41,934 bases of DNA, from IMG/VR virus record IMGVR_UViG_3300043429_000229, positions 1 through 41,934 of that record; one strand, written 5' to 3'. The notes under the pieces were generated by a model, which ran no database searches, was not told the DNA's origin, and saw nothing but the letters and a program-made list of their open reading frames with translations. The position numbers were made by a program, and so were the translations under genes. Source of the DNA: a virus (Duplodnaviria > Caudoviricetes). Positions 7,922 to 17,393 of the stretch are shown here, piece after piece; the stretch's first letter is position 1, and every line of letters starts with the position of its first letter.

Positions 7922-10024
7922 TTATGCTGCCAGCAGCCCGCCTGGGCGTTTTTGATTGATCAATTCCGACTTGACCACGTTGGCGATCACGCGGCCAAGG
8001 TTGTCGGCGCCCTGGTCGCCTTTGACTTGTTCGCCGCCGTTCTCGACGCTGACGTTCACGGTCACGTTGTTGACGCTCGATGCACCGCCTGCGCCCTTCA
8101 TGGTCACAGGGATGGTGCGGCCGTCTGGCAGTGGCACGTAGGCTTCGTTCATGCGGCCTTCACCAAACAGCGCCAGTTGCGGGCTGGTGGCCACGCCGCC
8201 GTTGGAATATGTCTTCAGCGGCAGCGGGCCGCTGGACGTCATCACGCCGCCGTCCGCGAACCCGAAACCGGCTTTGGCTGCGGCCATCAGTGGCGCCATG
8301 ATCTGCTGCTGAATCAGCATGCGGGCCATGTCCGACAGGATGCTGCTGGCCAGATCCTTGAAATTCAGTTTGCCGGTCATCACGAAGTTGACCAGCGCGT
8401 CTTCCATTCCCTTGAACGCATTGCTGAACGCGGCTTCGGTCGAACGTGCGACGTCTTGGATTTGGTCGATGTAGCTGTTGAATGCGCGTTTGGCGCCGGC
8501 CTCGAATGTGCGCGACTGTTCGTAGTTGACCTGCTTGATGCCTTCTTTCATCTTGAAAAGACCGTCAGCGACTTCGCGGTAGCGTGCGGCGTCTTCGGCG
8601 CTCATTTTCTTGGTGGCTTCGGCCACTTCCAGTTCGTGCTGTCGAACAGCCACCAGCTTTTCGTATTCGCGGGCGGTCATGTTGACCTGCTCACCTTCCA
8701 GGCGCAGCATTTCGATGGCGCCGGCTTCCTTGCGGGCCAGCTCCTGGATCTTCTGCAACGTCTGTGCGCCGTCGATCTGCTTGGCGATGTTGACCAGCTG
8801 CTGCTTCTGGCCGTTGCTGACGTCTTTGTAGCGTTCGTTCTGCAGCGTGCGCAGCAGTTCTTCAGCCTTGGTCAGCTCTCCGGTCTTGGCCAGCTGTTCC
8901 TCTAGCGACTTTTTCAGCTTGTCGAATTCGGTTTCCTTGCCGGCGCCGAAGTCGAAGCCGCCAGTGGTGGTGGCTTGCTTGGGCGGGGTGGGGTTGACAA
9001 ACCCGCGGCCAGCGCCTGCCGATGGCCTGCCACCGTTGATCATCTGTTCGCTGAATGCGTCGATTTCCTTGCGGGCTGCGGCAGCCTCGGCACGCATCCT
9101 GGCGCCGATTTCGCTGAAGCCTTTAAAGTCCAGTTTGGCCAGGGCGCCCATCTGTTGAACGATGCCGACCATTTCGTTTTTGATCTGCACCAGCACGTAG
9201 CCGACGTTCGCGGCCAGCACGACGATGGTTTCGAAGACTTTGCGCAGGCCACTCATAAACATGTCGAACATTCCGCCAGAACCGCTTGCTTTCAGTAGCG
9301 TTTCGACCAGAAAGTTCAGCTGTGGCAGCAGCTCGTTGGCCATGTTCATGCCAAGCATGGACACGGAACGATTGATCTTTGTCAGGTTGTCGTTGAACTC
9401 GTCCGCCGCTGCGGCCATTGCGCCAGTGAATCGGCCACCCAGTCGGTCCAGCTCGGTGCCGGCGTCACGGATGGCGTCACCGCCAGCGTTCAGCAGCGGG
9501 ATAATTTCGGCCGCACTCTTGCCAAACACTTTCTGTGCCGCTGCGGCTTTTTCCCAGCCGTCTGGCATGGCGGAAATCTTGTCCGCGATCTTGGCCAGCG
9601 CGTCTGTCGTCGTGATGCTGCCGGATCGCAATTCCTGCGCGCTGATGCCGAACTGCGCAAACGTGGCCGATGCCTCGCGGCTGCCACCGGCTGCCTCTGA
9701 CATGTTCTTGGCCAGCTTTCCCAAGGCGCCAGAAACGGCGTCCAGGGTCGTGCCGTTCAGCTGCGCGGCCAAACCCAGCGCGTCCAGTTCCTCGACGGCG
9801 ATGCCGGTTTTTTGGCGCATGTCGTTCAGCTTGTCGGCTGTGTCGATGGCGCCCTTGATGACGCCCACAAAGCCGGTCAGGACGGCAGCGCCACCCAAGG
9901 CCATGAACGCGCCGCGCACCTTGCTGACGGTGCCATCCAAGCGGTCCATGGTGGTCCGCAGCTGGTCGACAGCCTGCTGGCCTGTGACGCCAGCGGAAAT
10001 CTTCAGCGCGACATTCATGTCCAT
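7922..10024 (-). CDS. H: Tail tape measure protein
   Basis: 700 aa, Ala-rich helical; lambda-type C-terminus (FADGG, GEGRMNEA, KRPGGLL). Confidence 0.93.
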   Translation of the reverse strand: MDMNVALKISAGVTGQQAVDQLRTTMDRLDGTVSKVRGAFMALGGAAVLTGFVGVIKGAIDTADKLNDMRQKTGIAVEELDALGLAAQLNGTTLDAVSGALGKLAKNMSEAAGGSREASATFAQFGISAQELRSGSITTTDALAKIADKISAMPDGWEKAAAAQKVFGKSAAEIIPLLNAGGDAIRDAGTELDRLGGRFTGAMAAAADEFNDNLTKINRSVSMLGMNMANELLPQLNFLVETLLKASGSGGMFDMFMSGLRKVFETIVVLAANVGYVLVQIKNEMVGIVQQMGALAKLDFKGFSEIGARMRAEAAAARKEIDAFSEQMINGGRPSAGAGRGFVNPTPPKQATTTGGFDFGAGKETEFDKLKKSLEEQLAKTGELTKAEELLRTLQNERYKDVSNGQKQQLVNIAKQIDGAQTLQKIQELARKEAGAIEMLRLEGEQVNMTAREYEKLVAVRQHELEVAEATKKMSAEDAARYREVADGLFKMKEGIKQVNYEQSRTFEAGAKRAFNSYIDQIQDVARSTEAAFSNAFKGMEDALVNFVMTGKLNFKDLASSILSDMARMLIQQQIMAPLMAAAKAGFGFADGGVMTSSGPLPLKTYSNGGVATSPQLALFGEGRMNEAYVPLPDGRTIPVTMKGAGGASSVNNVTVNVSVENGGEQVKGDQGADNLGRVIANVVKSELINQKRPGGLLAA

Positions 10025-10027
10025 GGG

Positions 10028-10360
10028 TCAGTCCTTGCGTTTGTTCAGTACCTGCAGCGCTGCCATCTCCATGGCCTGCAGGTCGTCCATCATTTCGGCC
10101 TGGTTGGCCACTGCCCCGATTGTAAATAGAAACTGCACGCTCTGGTAATTCAGACCGATGAAACCGCCTTCGATCACGACCCACTGGGTCTGCAGCTTCA
10201 GGAACATGACCATCGCGTCCATGTTGTCTTCCCAGACCTCGAAATCGTCTTTCGACGTGTCGATGCTCTGGATCATTTCGACGGGCGCGCCGAACGCAGC
10301 CAAGTCGTCGGCTGTCTCATCTTTCACGCCGCCCCTTGCCCAGTGCTGGGCGGCGTCCAT
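10028..10360 (-). CDS. Tail assembly chaperone, frameshift extension (gpT-like, DUF1799-like)
   Basis: FLKLQTQW..GLNY..LQAMEMAAL motif; in the -1 frame of the upstream chaperone. Confidence 0.8.
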   Translation of the reverse strand: MDAAQHWARGGVKDETADDLAAFGAPVEMIQSIDTSKDDFEVWEDNMDAMVMFLKLQTQWVVIEGGFIGLNYQSVQFLFTIGAVANQAEMMDDLQAMEMAALQVLNKRKD

Positions 10361-10698
10361 CAGTTTTTTCGCTTGGCTCCGCTGATGCTTTCGAACAGCG
10401 CCATGACGACCGCGCTGGCCACCATTGGAATGTCCAGCATTTCGTCGCGTGCGCTTTCGCTGAATGGCACTTCGCCGTCTTCATTGCTGACGCCAGACCA
10501 GTCCAGCATCACTTCGCGGGCCAGCTCCACGTCGGTGATCTCTGCCTTTTCGATGGCCGTGCGGATCTCCTGAATGCGGGTTTGCGACAGGCGCTTGAAC
10601 GTGCAGTCGAAGGTGGATTTCTCGGTGCGGCCGCCGTCCACTGGGAAGTGAACAGCCACTGGCCATTTGTAGTCGGTGACTTTGCTGATCTTGAACAT
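10360..10698 (-). CDS. Tail assembly chaperone gpG-like
   Basis: Between tube and tape measure genes; DWSGV motif; ends in a slippery sequence. Confidence 0.85.
   Translation of the reverse strand: MFKISKVTDYKWPVAVHFPVDGGRTEKSTFDCTFKRLSQTRIQEIRTAIEKAEITDVELAREVMLDWSGVSNEDGEVPFSESARDEMLDIPMVASAVVMALFESISGAKRKN
10363..10369 (-). other. -1 programmed ribosomal frameshift heptamer A AAA AAC
   Basis: CGA AAA AAC TGA; a -1 slip reads AAA AAA CTG ATG GAC into the 10028..10360 frame; canonical G/GT position. Confidence 0.85.
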
Positions 10699-10716
10699 TT
10701 TGGACCTTTCAATAGG

Positions 10717-10738
10717 AAAGCCCGCTGGGTAGCGGGCT
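10717..10738 (-). terminator. Hairpin/weak terminator after the tail tube gene
   Basis: AGCCCGCT-ACCC-AGCGGGCT followed by a short T tract on the minus strand. Confidence 0.55.
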
Positions 10739-10757
10739 AGGGTTGGGGCAGGGTGGT

Positions 10758-11687
10758 TTATTTGACCACGATGCTGATTTCGTCGTTCCCGCTGGTGCTT
10801 GGGATGAACGTCAGTGGCACCTGCAGCATCTGGATGCCGTTCTGGTCCTGATATGTCGGGTTCGACACGTCCACGCGGCTCGATGTGATCTGCACCATGT
10901 TGCCGGCTGTTGTGCCGTGGACGATGTCCAGGTTACCCAGTGTGCTGCCCAGCGCCAGGCTGAAAAAGTCTTTGGACGCGATGGTCGGGGCTTCGAACAC
11001 GGCCTGGCCAGAAACCTGGCGATCAGTCATCAGCACGTCTTCAGCGCCGATCAATGAACGGTACTGGATGGCGTTGTTGAAATTGATGTTTAAAGATTCC
11101 AACGCGGCGCCGAAGCTGAACAGCTCGAAGTCGGTGGTGTTGTCGCTGTTGGCGGCCACAGGCGTCTGGAACGCTGTGTAGGTCACAGACGGTGCAGATG
11201 CGTCGCTTGGTGCGTTGTAAAGGCCGGTGAACGTGAATTTGAACACGGGAATCTGGCGTGCGTTGATCACCAGTTCCACGTTGCCGCGGGCGCCGGTGAC
11301 TTTGTGCAGCACGCCGTCCACGTTGTAGTACATGGTCACAGACGCGAACGATGCCGACTTCGGTGTGTATGTCACATCAGATGCGCCGTCGGTTTCAGTC
11401 ATGCCGCAAGCCTGCAACAGCGGGCCGTAGGCGGGTGCTGTGCCGGCCGTGCCTGAACCAGCCATTTCGACTTCGAATTCGACGCCGACGTATGCCGACG
11501 CGATCAGCTGTTCGGATGCGCCAAGGTAAGGGCGAACCAGATCGCGGCTGACGTTCTCAGCGTTCAATGGGGTGATCGACAAATTGCGCACCAGGATGGC
11601 ATTGGCCGAACCTGTGGGTGTCGGGTCCGTGCCGTAGGTGTTTTCCAACTTGGCCAGGATGGTGCGTTTGCGGGTAAGAAGTGACAT
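10758..11687 (-). CDS. Major tail tube protein
   Basis: 309 aa; AKLENTYGTD, PAYGPLLQACG and GNDEISI motifs; position before the chaperones. Confidence 0.88.
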   Translation of the reverse strand: MSLLTRKRTILAKLENTYGTDPTPTGSANAILVRNLSITPLNAENVSRDLVRPYLGASEQLIASAYVGVEFEVEMAGSGTAGTAPAYGPLLQACGMTETDGASDVTYTPKSASFASVTMYYNVDGVLHKVTGARGNVELVINARQIPVFKFTFTGLYNAPSDASAPSVTYTAFQTPVAANSDNTTDFELFSFGAALESLNINFNNAIQYRSLIGAEDVLMTDRQVSGQAVFEAPTIASKDFFSLALGSTLGNLDIVHGTTAGNMVQITSSRVDVSNPTYQDQNGIQMLQVPLTFIPSTSGNDEISIVVK

Positions 11688-11717
11688 GATGAAGACCTCG
11701 CGTGATGTGTTCGGATT

Positions 11718-12137
11718 TTAACTCAGGGAATTCAGCGCTGTTCGGTACTGCGCCGTGAATTCTGCGGACACGACACCAGCGGGCTGATCAGCCTCGATGG
11801 TTTCGAATGAAACCGTGGTCGGCAGTAGCTGGATGACCAGGTCGTCCAGCGTGTCGTCGGCCATCAGCTTGCTGTGGACGTCCAGCATGGCTGGGTCTGC
11901 CAGCTGGTCTGGCACTGCGCCGCGCACGATGACGGACACGCGGAACGTCAGCGTCCACATCAGCGTGCCCAGTGTGTCCTGTTCTGCTGCGTCGCTGACT
12001 GGCTCGACCACGATGGCGGGTGCCTCGCCACGGGCCAATGGCTCGACGCGGCTGCGGTAGATGCGGGTGCTGACGCCAGTGGTGCCGGCCAATGCCGTCA
12101 CGATGCGCTGCAGGATGGTTTCGCGCTTGCTGGCCAT
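11718..12137 (-). CDS. Tail terminator, gpU-like
   Basis: SKRETIL..IYRSR..PAI pattern; directly upstream of the tube gene. Confidence 0.75.
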   Translation of the reverse strand: MASKRETILQRIVTALAGTTGVSTRIYRSRVEPLARGEAPAIVVEPVSDAAEQDTLGTLMWTLTFRVSVIVRGAVPDQLADPAMLDVHSKLMADDTLDDLVIQLLPTTVSFETIEADQPAGVVSAEFTAQYRTALNSLS

Positions 12138-12139
12138 GG

Positions 12140-12418
12140 TCAGACTTTCGACAGGTAGACGATGCTGAATTTGCCGTCGTCTTGGGCGCGCACTTCGCGC
12201 ACGGTGAACGCGACGCCGTCGACGGTCAGGCCGTCGGCGTACTTCAGGTTGGGGTAAACGCTCGACTTGATCGTCAGTGCGTAGTCGGTCGTGATGACCA
12301 TGCCGCCAGCGATGACCTCGCTGGGCATATCCAGAACGCCGGTGGTCGCGGTCGTGCCGTCGGTGACTGCTACACCGAAGTCAGACAGGAACGCGTCCAG
12401 GTTCTCACTTAGCGCCAC
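12140..12418 (-). CDS. Head-tail joining protein (gpFII-like)
   Basis: GTG start; LDAFLSDFGV..DDGKFS pattern; synteny. Confidence 0.7.
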   Translation of the reverse strand: MALSENLDAFLSDFGVAVTDGTTATTGVLDMPSEVIAGGMVITTDYALTIKSSVYPNLKYADGLTVDGVAFTVREVRAQDDGKFSIVYLSKV

Positions 12419-12656
12419 GGCGCTTGCCCTTTGGCGCTGCAGTGGCCACGACGGCTTCTGCGTTCTCTGTGGTCAGCTCGGTGGCTTCAGCTTCTGTTTC
12501 AGCCTCGACAACGGTTTCAGATGCAGGTTCGTCCACTGGCTGGGCCTTGCCCAACAGGATCAATTCGCGGGCTTCGTAGTCCGACAATTCGATGACTGTG
12601 CCAGCGCGAACGAATTGCTTGTTGGCTGCGGTGGTGCGTGTGATCAAAACTTGCAT
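12405..12656 (-). CDS. Small hypothetical virion/head-associated protein
   Basis: AGTVIEL..EARELILLGKA with acidic middle and basic tail, typical of the gene after a capsid gene. Confidence 0.7.
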   Translation of the reverse strand: MQVLITRTTAANKQFVRAGTVIELSDYEARELILLGKAQPVDEPASETVVEAETEAEATELTTENAEAVVATAAPKGKRRGAK

Positions 12657-12683
12657 GTGAAATCGCTTTCGTCAGTAGATTGG

Positions 12684-12712
12684 AAAAGGGCCGGATTGCT
12701 CCGGCCCCTTAT
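12684..12712 (-). terminator. Rho-independent terminator after the capsid gene
   Basis: GGGCCGGA-GCAA-TCCGGCCC followed by TTTT on the minus strand. Confidence 0.8.
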
Positions 12713-12721
12713 TGTCACCTA

Positions 12722-14566
12722 TTAGGCGATGTCGGCGTCGCCGTAGCAGAACGACACTGCGTTGCGGACAGCGATGTCGGTGTCTTGCAATGCGATGACG
12801 CGCACGGTGCCGCTTGTGGCGCCAGCGTATGGGTCGACAGTCAAGTCCAAGCCAGACCAGAAGCCGATCAACAAGTCAGCGAAGTTGCCGAAGAACACGT
12901 CGCCGGCTGTCACTTGGTTGGACACTTCGGTGCGGTAGCCGTTCACGGTGTTGCCTGGCTCCCACACGAACTGGCCAGCTGATGTGCTGGACTTCTCGGT
13001 GGTCTTCAATGCGCCGCGCTGTGCTGGGTTGAACAAGTACACCAAGTTGCCGATGTCGGCGTTGTCGGTGGCCACTTCAGATTCCATTGCGACCAACTCA
13101 GCGAATGTTGGGTTGGTAGCTGCGAAGTCCTTGGTGTTCACGCCAGACTGCAACTTCAAGCCTGTGGGCTGGTTGTTGCTGCCTGTGCCGTACAAGGCGG
13201 CAGTGTCGATCGCCAAGGCGATGACGCTGGCCAAGTCGCGGCGAACCATGTTTTCCACGTCGATGCTGGACTGCAGCATCAAACGACGGCTGAAGTCAGT
13301 GAACGCGCCAACAGTCTTGGGCGACATGGTGACCTGGGCCAATGTTTGTTGGCTCTCGGTAGGTGCGCCAGATTCAGCGACCCAGTAGGCAGTGGCTGCG
13401 CCAGACTGCTTGGGGATGCCGATGTTGCCGACCAAGCCGTTCATTACGGTGGCGCCAGCGCGTTGCACGATTGAACGGTTGCGCAACAACTCGATGAAGC
13501 TCTCGGCCATCAAGTCGGTGGCCACGGTGTAACCGCCAGCGTTGTTGGTGCCTGCTGTCAGGTCACGCTTGTGACGCATGATCTCGCCTGGCACGTAGAT
13601 GCCGCGGGCAGACTTGCCAGCTGCTTTGGCGCCGGCTTCAGACACTTCGCGTTCGAAGGCTGCAGCTTCCCATGCCGACTTGTCGGATGGGTTTGCCAAT
13701 GCGTTGATTGCGCGCATGAAAGAGAAGCTGCGAACTTCTTTTTCGCTCAAGCCGATGTCGGCTTCTTTACCGGTGACAGGTTTTTGGTCCACTTTGATTT
13801 CCTCTAAGAAAATGGCGCGGGCTTCGTCCATGGACTTGCCCTCATTGATAAGTTTGCGGCTCAATTCGGTGGCGTTGAAACGCTCACCAAGTGCGCTGAT
13901 GTTCGCAATGCGGGCGCGTTCGGCTTCTGCAGCCTGCGATGCGACCACCTGCACGTCCACAGCGGGTGTGGTTTGCTCGGTCATGGTTGGTTCCTCAGTG
14001 GTAACGTCCGCAGGCTGTGCGGATTCCTCAGAAATGCGGGTCACTTGGACCTCGCGCTCATCGTCGGCTTCAGCACGACCGATGCCCACAGTGTGGTCAG
14101 CGGGCACTGTCACCAGCGATACTTCGAACGGCTCCCAACGGGTTGCCGTAAATGTGGATTTGCCGTCCTTGACGCTCTCGACCATTTCGCTGATGCGATA
14201 GCCGAACGACACGTTGCGCATGATTCCGTCGTTCACCATGGACAGCACTTCGTCAGCGCGGGCGGTCTTGGCAAAGCGAACGCGGCTGTAGGCGCGCTTG
14301 TCTTCAGCGATCCACGCTTTTTCGACGACGCCGATGATCTCGTCCATGTCGTGGTTGAACAGCAATGGTGCGCCGTCGTTCAGGCGGGTGAAGTCGGCTG
14401 CGCCTTTCTTGTGGCTCAGAACCTCGTCACCAAACCAGCGCTCGACGGGCAGTTCGCTAGAAAACGGGAATTCGACGGTGCGCGTTTCGGCGTCGACCGT
14501 CATCGCTTCAGCCGGAATGGCTCGCGTCAGCTGCGGCAGTTGGAACCGCTTTTCGGTGTCTTGCAT
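12722..14566 (-). CDS. Prohead protease (HK97-type) fused to major capsid protein
   Basis: N-terminal PLLFNHD..NVSFGY..EVSLVTVPAD protease; acidic linker; capsid domain with AYWVAE and FFGNF. Confidence 0.92.
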   Translation of the reverse strand: MQDTEKRFQLPQLTRAIPAEAMTVDAETRTVEFPFSSELPVERWFGDEVLSHKKGAADFTRLNDGAPLLFNHDMDEIIGVVEKAWIAEDKRAYSRVRFAKTARADEVLSMVNDGIMRNVSFGYRISEMVESVKDGKSTFTATRWEPFEVSLVTVPADHTVGIGRAEADDEREVQVTRISEESAQPADVTTEEPTMTEQTTPAVDVQVVASQAAEAERARIANISALGERFNATELSRKLINEGKSMDEARAIFLEEIKVDQKPVTGKEADIGLSEKEVRSFSFMRAINALANPSDKSAWEAAAFEREVSEAGAKAAGKSARGIYVPGEIMRHKRDLTAGTNNAGGYTVATDLMAESFIELLRNRSIVQRAGATVMNGLVGNIGIPKQSGAATAYWVAESGAPTESQQTLAQVTMSPKTVGAFTDFSRRLMLQSSIDVENMVRRDLASVIALAIDTAALYGTGSNNQPTGLKLQSGVNTKDFAATNPTFAELVAMESEVATDNADIGNLVYLFNPAQRGALKTTEKSSTSAGQFVWEPGNTVNGYRTEVSNQVTAGDVFFGNFADLLIGFWSGLDLTVDPYAGATSGTVRVIALQDTDIAVRNAVSFCYGDADIA

Positions 14567-14641
14567 GTTTTCCCCAGGTTGTGCCGGATTTTGTGCTGTT
14601 GCGATTGTATCGCAAACAATTATTCAATGAAAAATTGTGAT

Positions 14642-15289
14642 CTAGGCGGCCAATAACAGCAGCATCAGTTCGTCGTCGGTCGGGTTCAGGATGCCGCGCG
14701 CCGCTGTGTTTCCTGCCGATGCGCTGGCGCCGGCAGTGCCAACGCCGGCCACCACGCTGATCGTTCCGTCGGCTTGGACGACGCCCAGCTGGGTGCGCAT
14801 GGCCTCGGGTTTGAACTTGGCCACGGCGTCGACGCGCACGAACGGTGGCGTGTATGCCTGCGGCCGGATGGGTCTGCCTGCTGGTGTCGGTGGTTGCTCT
14901 GGCTCGACCTCGTCGCCAATGGCTGAAACGCCACCGGTTGACGTCGATGCCTGGCTGCCGGTGACGCTTGCTTGGCCGTTGGCGGCCGCTGTGACCTCGC
15001 CGGCTGCAGACGTGGCGCCAGCACCGACGACGCTGGCAGTGCCTGGAATGTCCACCGTGCCGAACGCAGTGGCGTCACCAGCTGTTGCCGTTGTTGACGT
15101 TCCGGTGGCCGTTCCCTTGGCTGCACCAGCTGCTGTCAGCTGGCCGGTGGCCGTGCCACTTGCACCAGTGGCGGCAGCCGATGCGGTGCCGCGTGCTGAA
15201 ACGCTGCCGGCTGCTGCGCTTGCCGATGCGCCGTCGATGACGTCGAAGCTGACGACGGCATCCAGGTCCGTCCAGTCATCGAACAGCAT
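14642..15289 (-). CDS. Ala/Thr/Gly-rich hypothetical virion protein
   Basis: Tightly packed in the head operon; low-complexity stalk-like middle; C-terminal DDELMLLLLAA. Confidence 0.75.
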   Translation of the reverse strand: MLFDDWTDLDAVVSFDVIDGASASAAAGSVSARGTASAAATGASGTATGQLTAAGAAKGTATGTSTTATAGDATAFGTVDIPGTASVVGAGATSAAGEVTAAANGQASVTGSQASTSTGGVSAIGDEVEPEQPPTPAGRPIRPQAYTPPFVRVDAVAKFKPEAMRTQLGVVQADGTISVVAGVGTAGASASAGNTAARGILNPTDDELMLLLLAA

Positions 15290-15290
15290 G

Positions 15291-15704
15291 TCAGGCGATA
15301 CGGATCAGGCTGGATGCGCCAGCCGCTGGCAGGTCGACAGTAAACGTGCCGTTCGTGCTGGACACGTCGCCACCGAAGTCGAACGCGGCCACTGCCTTGT
15401 TGGACTTGCTGGCGTTGTAGATCAGGCAGCCGCGGGCGGTAATGGTGGCGTTCGCCCATGATGGATCGGTGAACGTCAGGTAGGCGGTGCCGCCAGACAA
15501 TCCGGTGACCAGGTCGGCCAATGTGGCGCCGCCGGCGGTGTAGCCGGTGCCGCTGACTTCGTTGGTCGTGCCGTAGGCGGTGGTGTCAGCGCCAAGCGAT
15601 GCGGCTGACGTGAACAGCGCCAGCTTGTACGTGTCGCCAGCGGCGTGGACGCCTTCCAGGATCTCTTTTTTGTAGCTGTTGCAGATCGCGGTCGTGATGG
15701 CCAT
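15291..15704 (-). CDS. Hypothetical structural protein
   Basis: MAITTAICNSYK..KLALFT..GYTAGG..ITARGCLIYN pattern seen in virion proteins; directly after the portal. Confidence 0.8.
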   Translation of the reverse strand: MAITTAICNSYKKEILEGVHAAGDTYKLALFTSAASLGADTTAYGTTNEVSGTGYTAGGATLADLVTGLSGGTAYLTFTDPSWANATITARGCLIYNASKSNKAVAAFDFGGDVSSTNGTFTVDLPAAGASSLIRIA

Positions 15705-15707
15705 GGT

Positions 15708-17393
15708 TTATTCCTCGGTAGTCTCAGCACCAGTCACGGCGCCATTTTCGTCGCGGATCAGGCGCACGGTGCGTTTCACCTGGCTGCGCTCTTGCTCTAG
15801 CGTGACGTTCAATTCGACGGGCGGTGCTGCCTTCATTTCGAACGCTGGGTGCAGGTTGATGACCTGCGGCTGCTGCAGTTCACGCGCCGGCGTGTCTTCA
15901 GGCGCTGGATCTGTCGGCGCTGCTGCGTCAGCAGCCTGTGCCGAACCGTTGCCGGCCACCGATGCTGGGTCGGTGTCGAACACCAGATCCATGCTCGACG
16001 CCATTTCCAGTTCGCGCTGGCGCTGCTGGAACACGTCTTCGATGTCGCCGCCAGCTTGGGCGATGACGTCCGCCTGCGTGGTGAAACCACAGCGCACGGC
16101 CTCTTTGTAGGCGGCGATCTCTTTGACGGGATCGACCCACTGCCAGCCGCGGGGAATCCAGCGCACTTCGCGGTAGGCGTCAGGGTTCAAGTTGTAGCCT
16201 GGCAGCGTCACTTCGCCGGCCAGCTCGGCCAGTTCCAGCCATTGCTCAAACACGGGTTTGTGGAAATTCTCGATCAGCCAAGACTGCAGCACGCGCCAGT
16301 TGTCGCGGTCGTCCAGCAAGGCCAGACGGCTGCTGCTGTAGTTGGTGTCGCTGTAGTCGCGGGACAGGGTGGCGTAGCTCACGCCAATGCCGGCCGCCAT
16401 CGAACGCAGCATGGCGCGCACGAACGGTTCGAACTGGCCGCCTGGTCGGTTGGGCTTGCTCTCTGTGTATGTCTCGCCAGGTGCCAAGCGCTCGATCTTG
16501 CCTGGTTCGAAGTTGGTCACGGCTTGGCCGCCTTCGGTGCCGTCCTGCATCGCGTCTTCTTCGGGCGACTGAATGAAACCCATGCGGCAGGCTTCGGCGC
16601 GGGCCGCGATGACCTCGGCTTCGGTGTAGCCGCCAAGGTGGTGCATGCGCATGATGGCGCTGGCCAACCATGGCACGCCACGGGTCTGGCCAGGTCGGTC
16701 CTGCTTGTAAAGGTGGATGATCTCGTCGGCTGGGATGCGCTTGGTGGTGTTGTCCACTGCGCCGGCGCCGAACGGGTAGTCACCTGGGTGGTCGCGCTTA
16801 AAGTGGTAAGCCACAGGGCGGCCCCAGTTGTTGCGCTCGACGCCCATGCGGATCTCGTTGCCGTTGCGGGCGACCTCGTTCAGCATTTCATCTAGGCGGT
16901 CGGCCTCGATGATTTCCAGCGCCATCGGCGTCTTGCTCTTGCCGAATGCGTAGTTGACTTTGCGCACGAAGACTTCGCCGGATTCAGCGACGGCGTGCAT
17001 GATCTGGCGCTCGATGTCGCTGAACGACAGGGTGCCGCCAGTGTGGCAGTTTTCCTTGCGTTTCCACTTCGCCCATGCAGCTTCGATGGCCGTGTTGGTC
17101 GCGTCGTCCATCTTGTTGCCGCGGCGCATCTTTACCGCTGCCTGCATGGTGATGCCTTGGCCCACCACGTTGTTGGTGATCACGCGGAGGGCGTTCTTGG
17201 CATAGTCGTTGTTGCGTGCCAGGTCGCGTGCGCGTTCGCGCAGTTTCTTCAGGTCCTTGCGGATCTCGGCGTCCATGCTGGTGCTGCTGGTCACCCAGTC
17301 CGACACAAGGCGGTTATACATCGCGCCCTCGAATGAACGACGGCGGGCAGGCTTGGGCTGCTCTTTGCGTTTGAACAAGTCACGAATTCCCAT
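15708..17393 (-). CDS. Portal protein, lambda family
   Basis: RARDLARNN, RPGQTRGVPW, NYSSSR and WVDPVKE motifs; C-terminal extension. Confidence 0.95.
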   Translation of the reverse strand: MGIRDLFKRKEQPKPARRRSFEGAMYNRLVSDWVTSSTSMDAEIRKDLKKLRERARDLARNNDYAKNALRVITNNVVGQGITMQAAVKMRRGNKMDDATNTAIEAAWAKWKRKENCHTGGTLSFSDIERQIMHAVAESGEVFVRKVNYAFGKSKTPMALEIIEADRLDEMLNEVARNGNEIRMGVERNNWGRPVAYHFKRDHPGDYPFGAGAVDNTTKRIPADEIIHLYKQDRPGQTRGVPWLASAIMRMHHLGGYTEAEVIAARAEACRMGFIQSPEEDAMQDGTEGGQAVTNFEPGKIERLAPGETYTESKPNRPGGQFEPFVRAMLRSMAAGIGVSYATLSRDYSDTNYSSSRLALLDDRDNWRVLQSWLIENFHKPVFEQWLELAELAGEVTLPGYNLNPDAYREVRWIPRGWQWVDPVKEIAAYKEAVRCGFTTQADVIAQAGGDIEDVFQQRQRELEMASSMDLVFDTDPASVAGNGSAQAADAAAPTDPAPEDTPARELQQPQVINLHPAFEMKAAPPVELNVTLEQERSQVKRTVRLIRDENGAVTGAETTEE

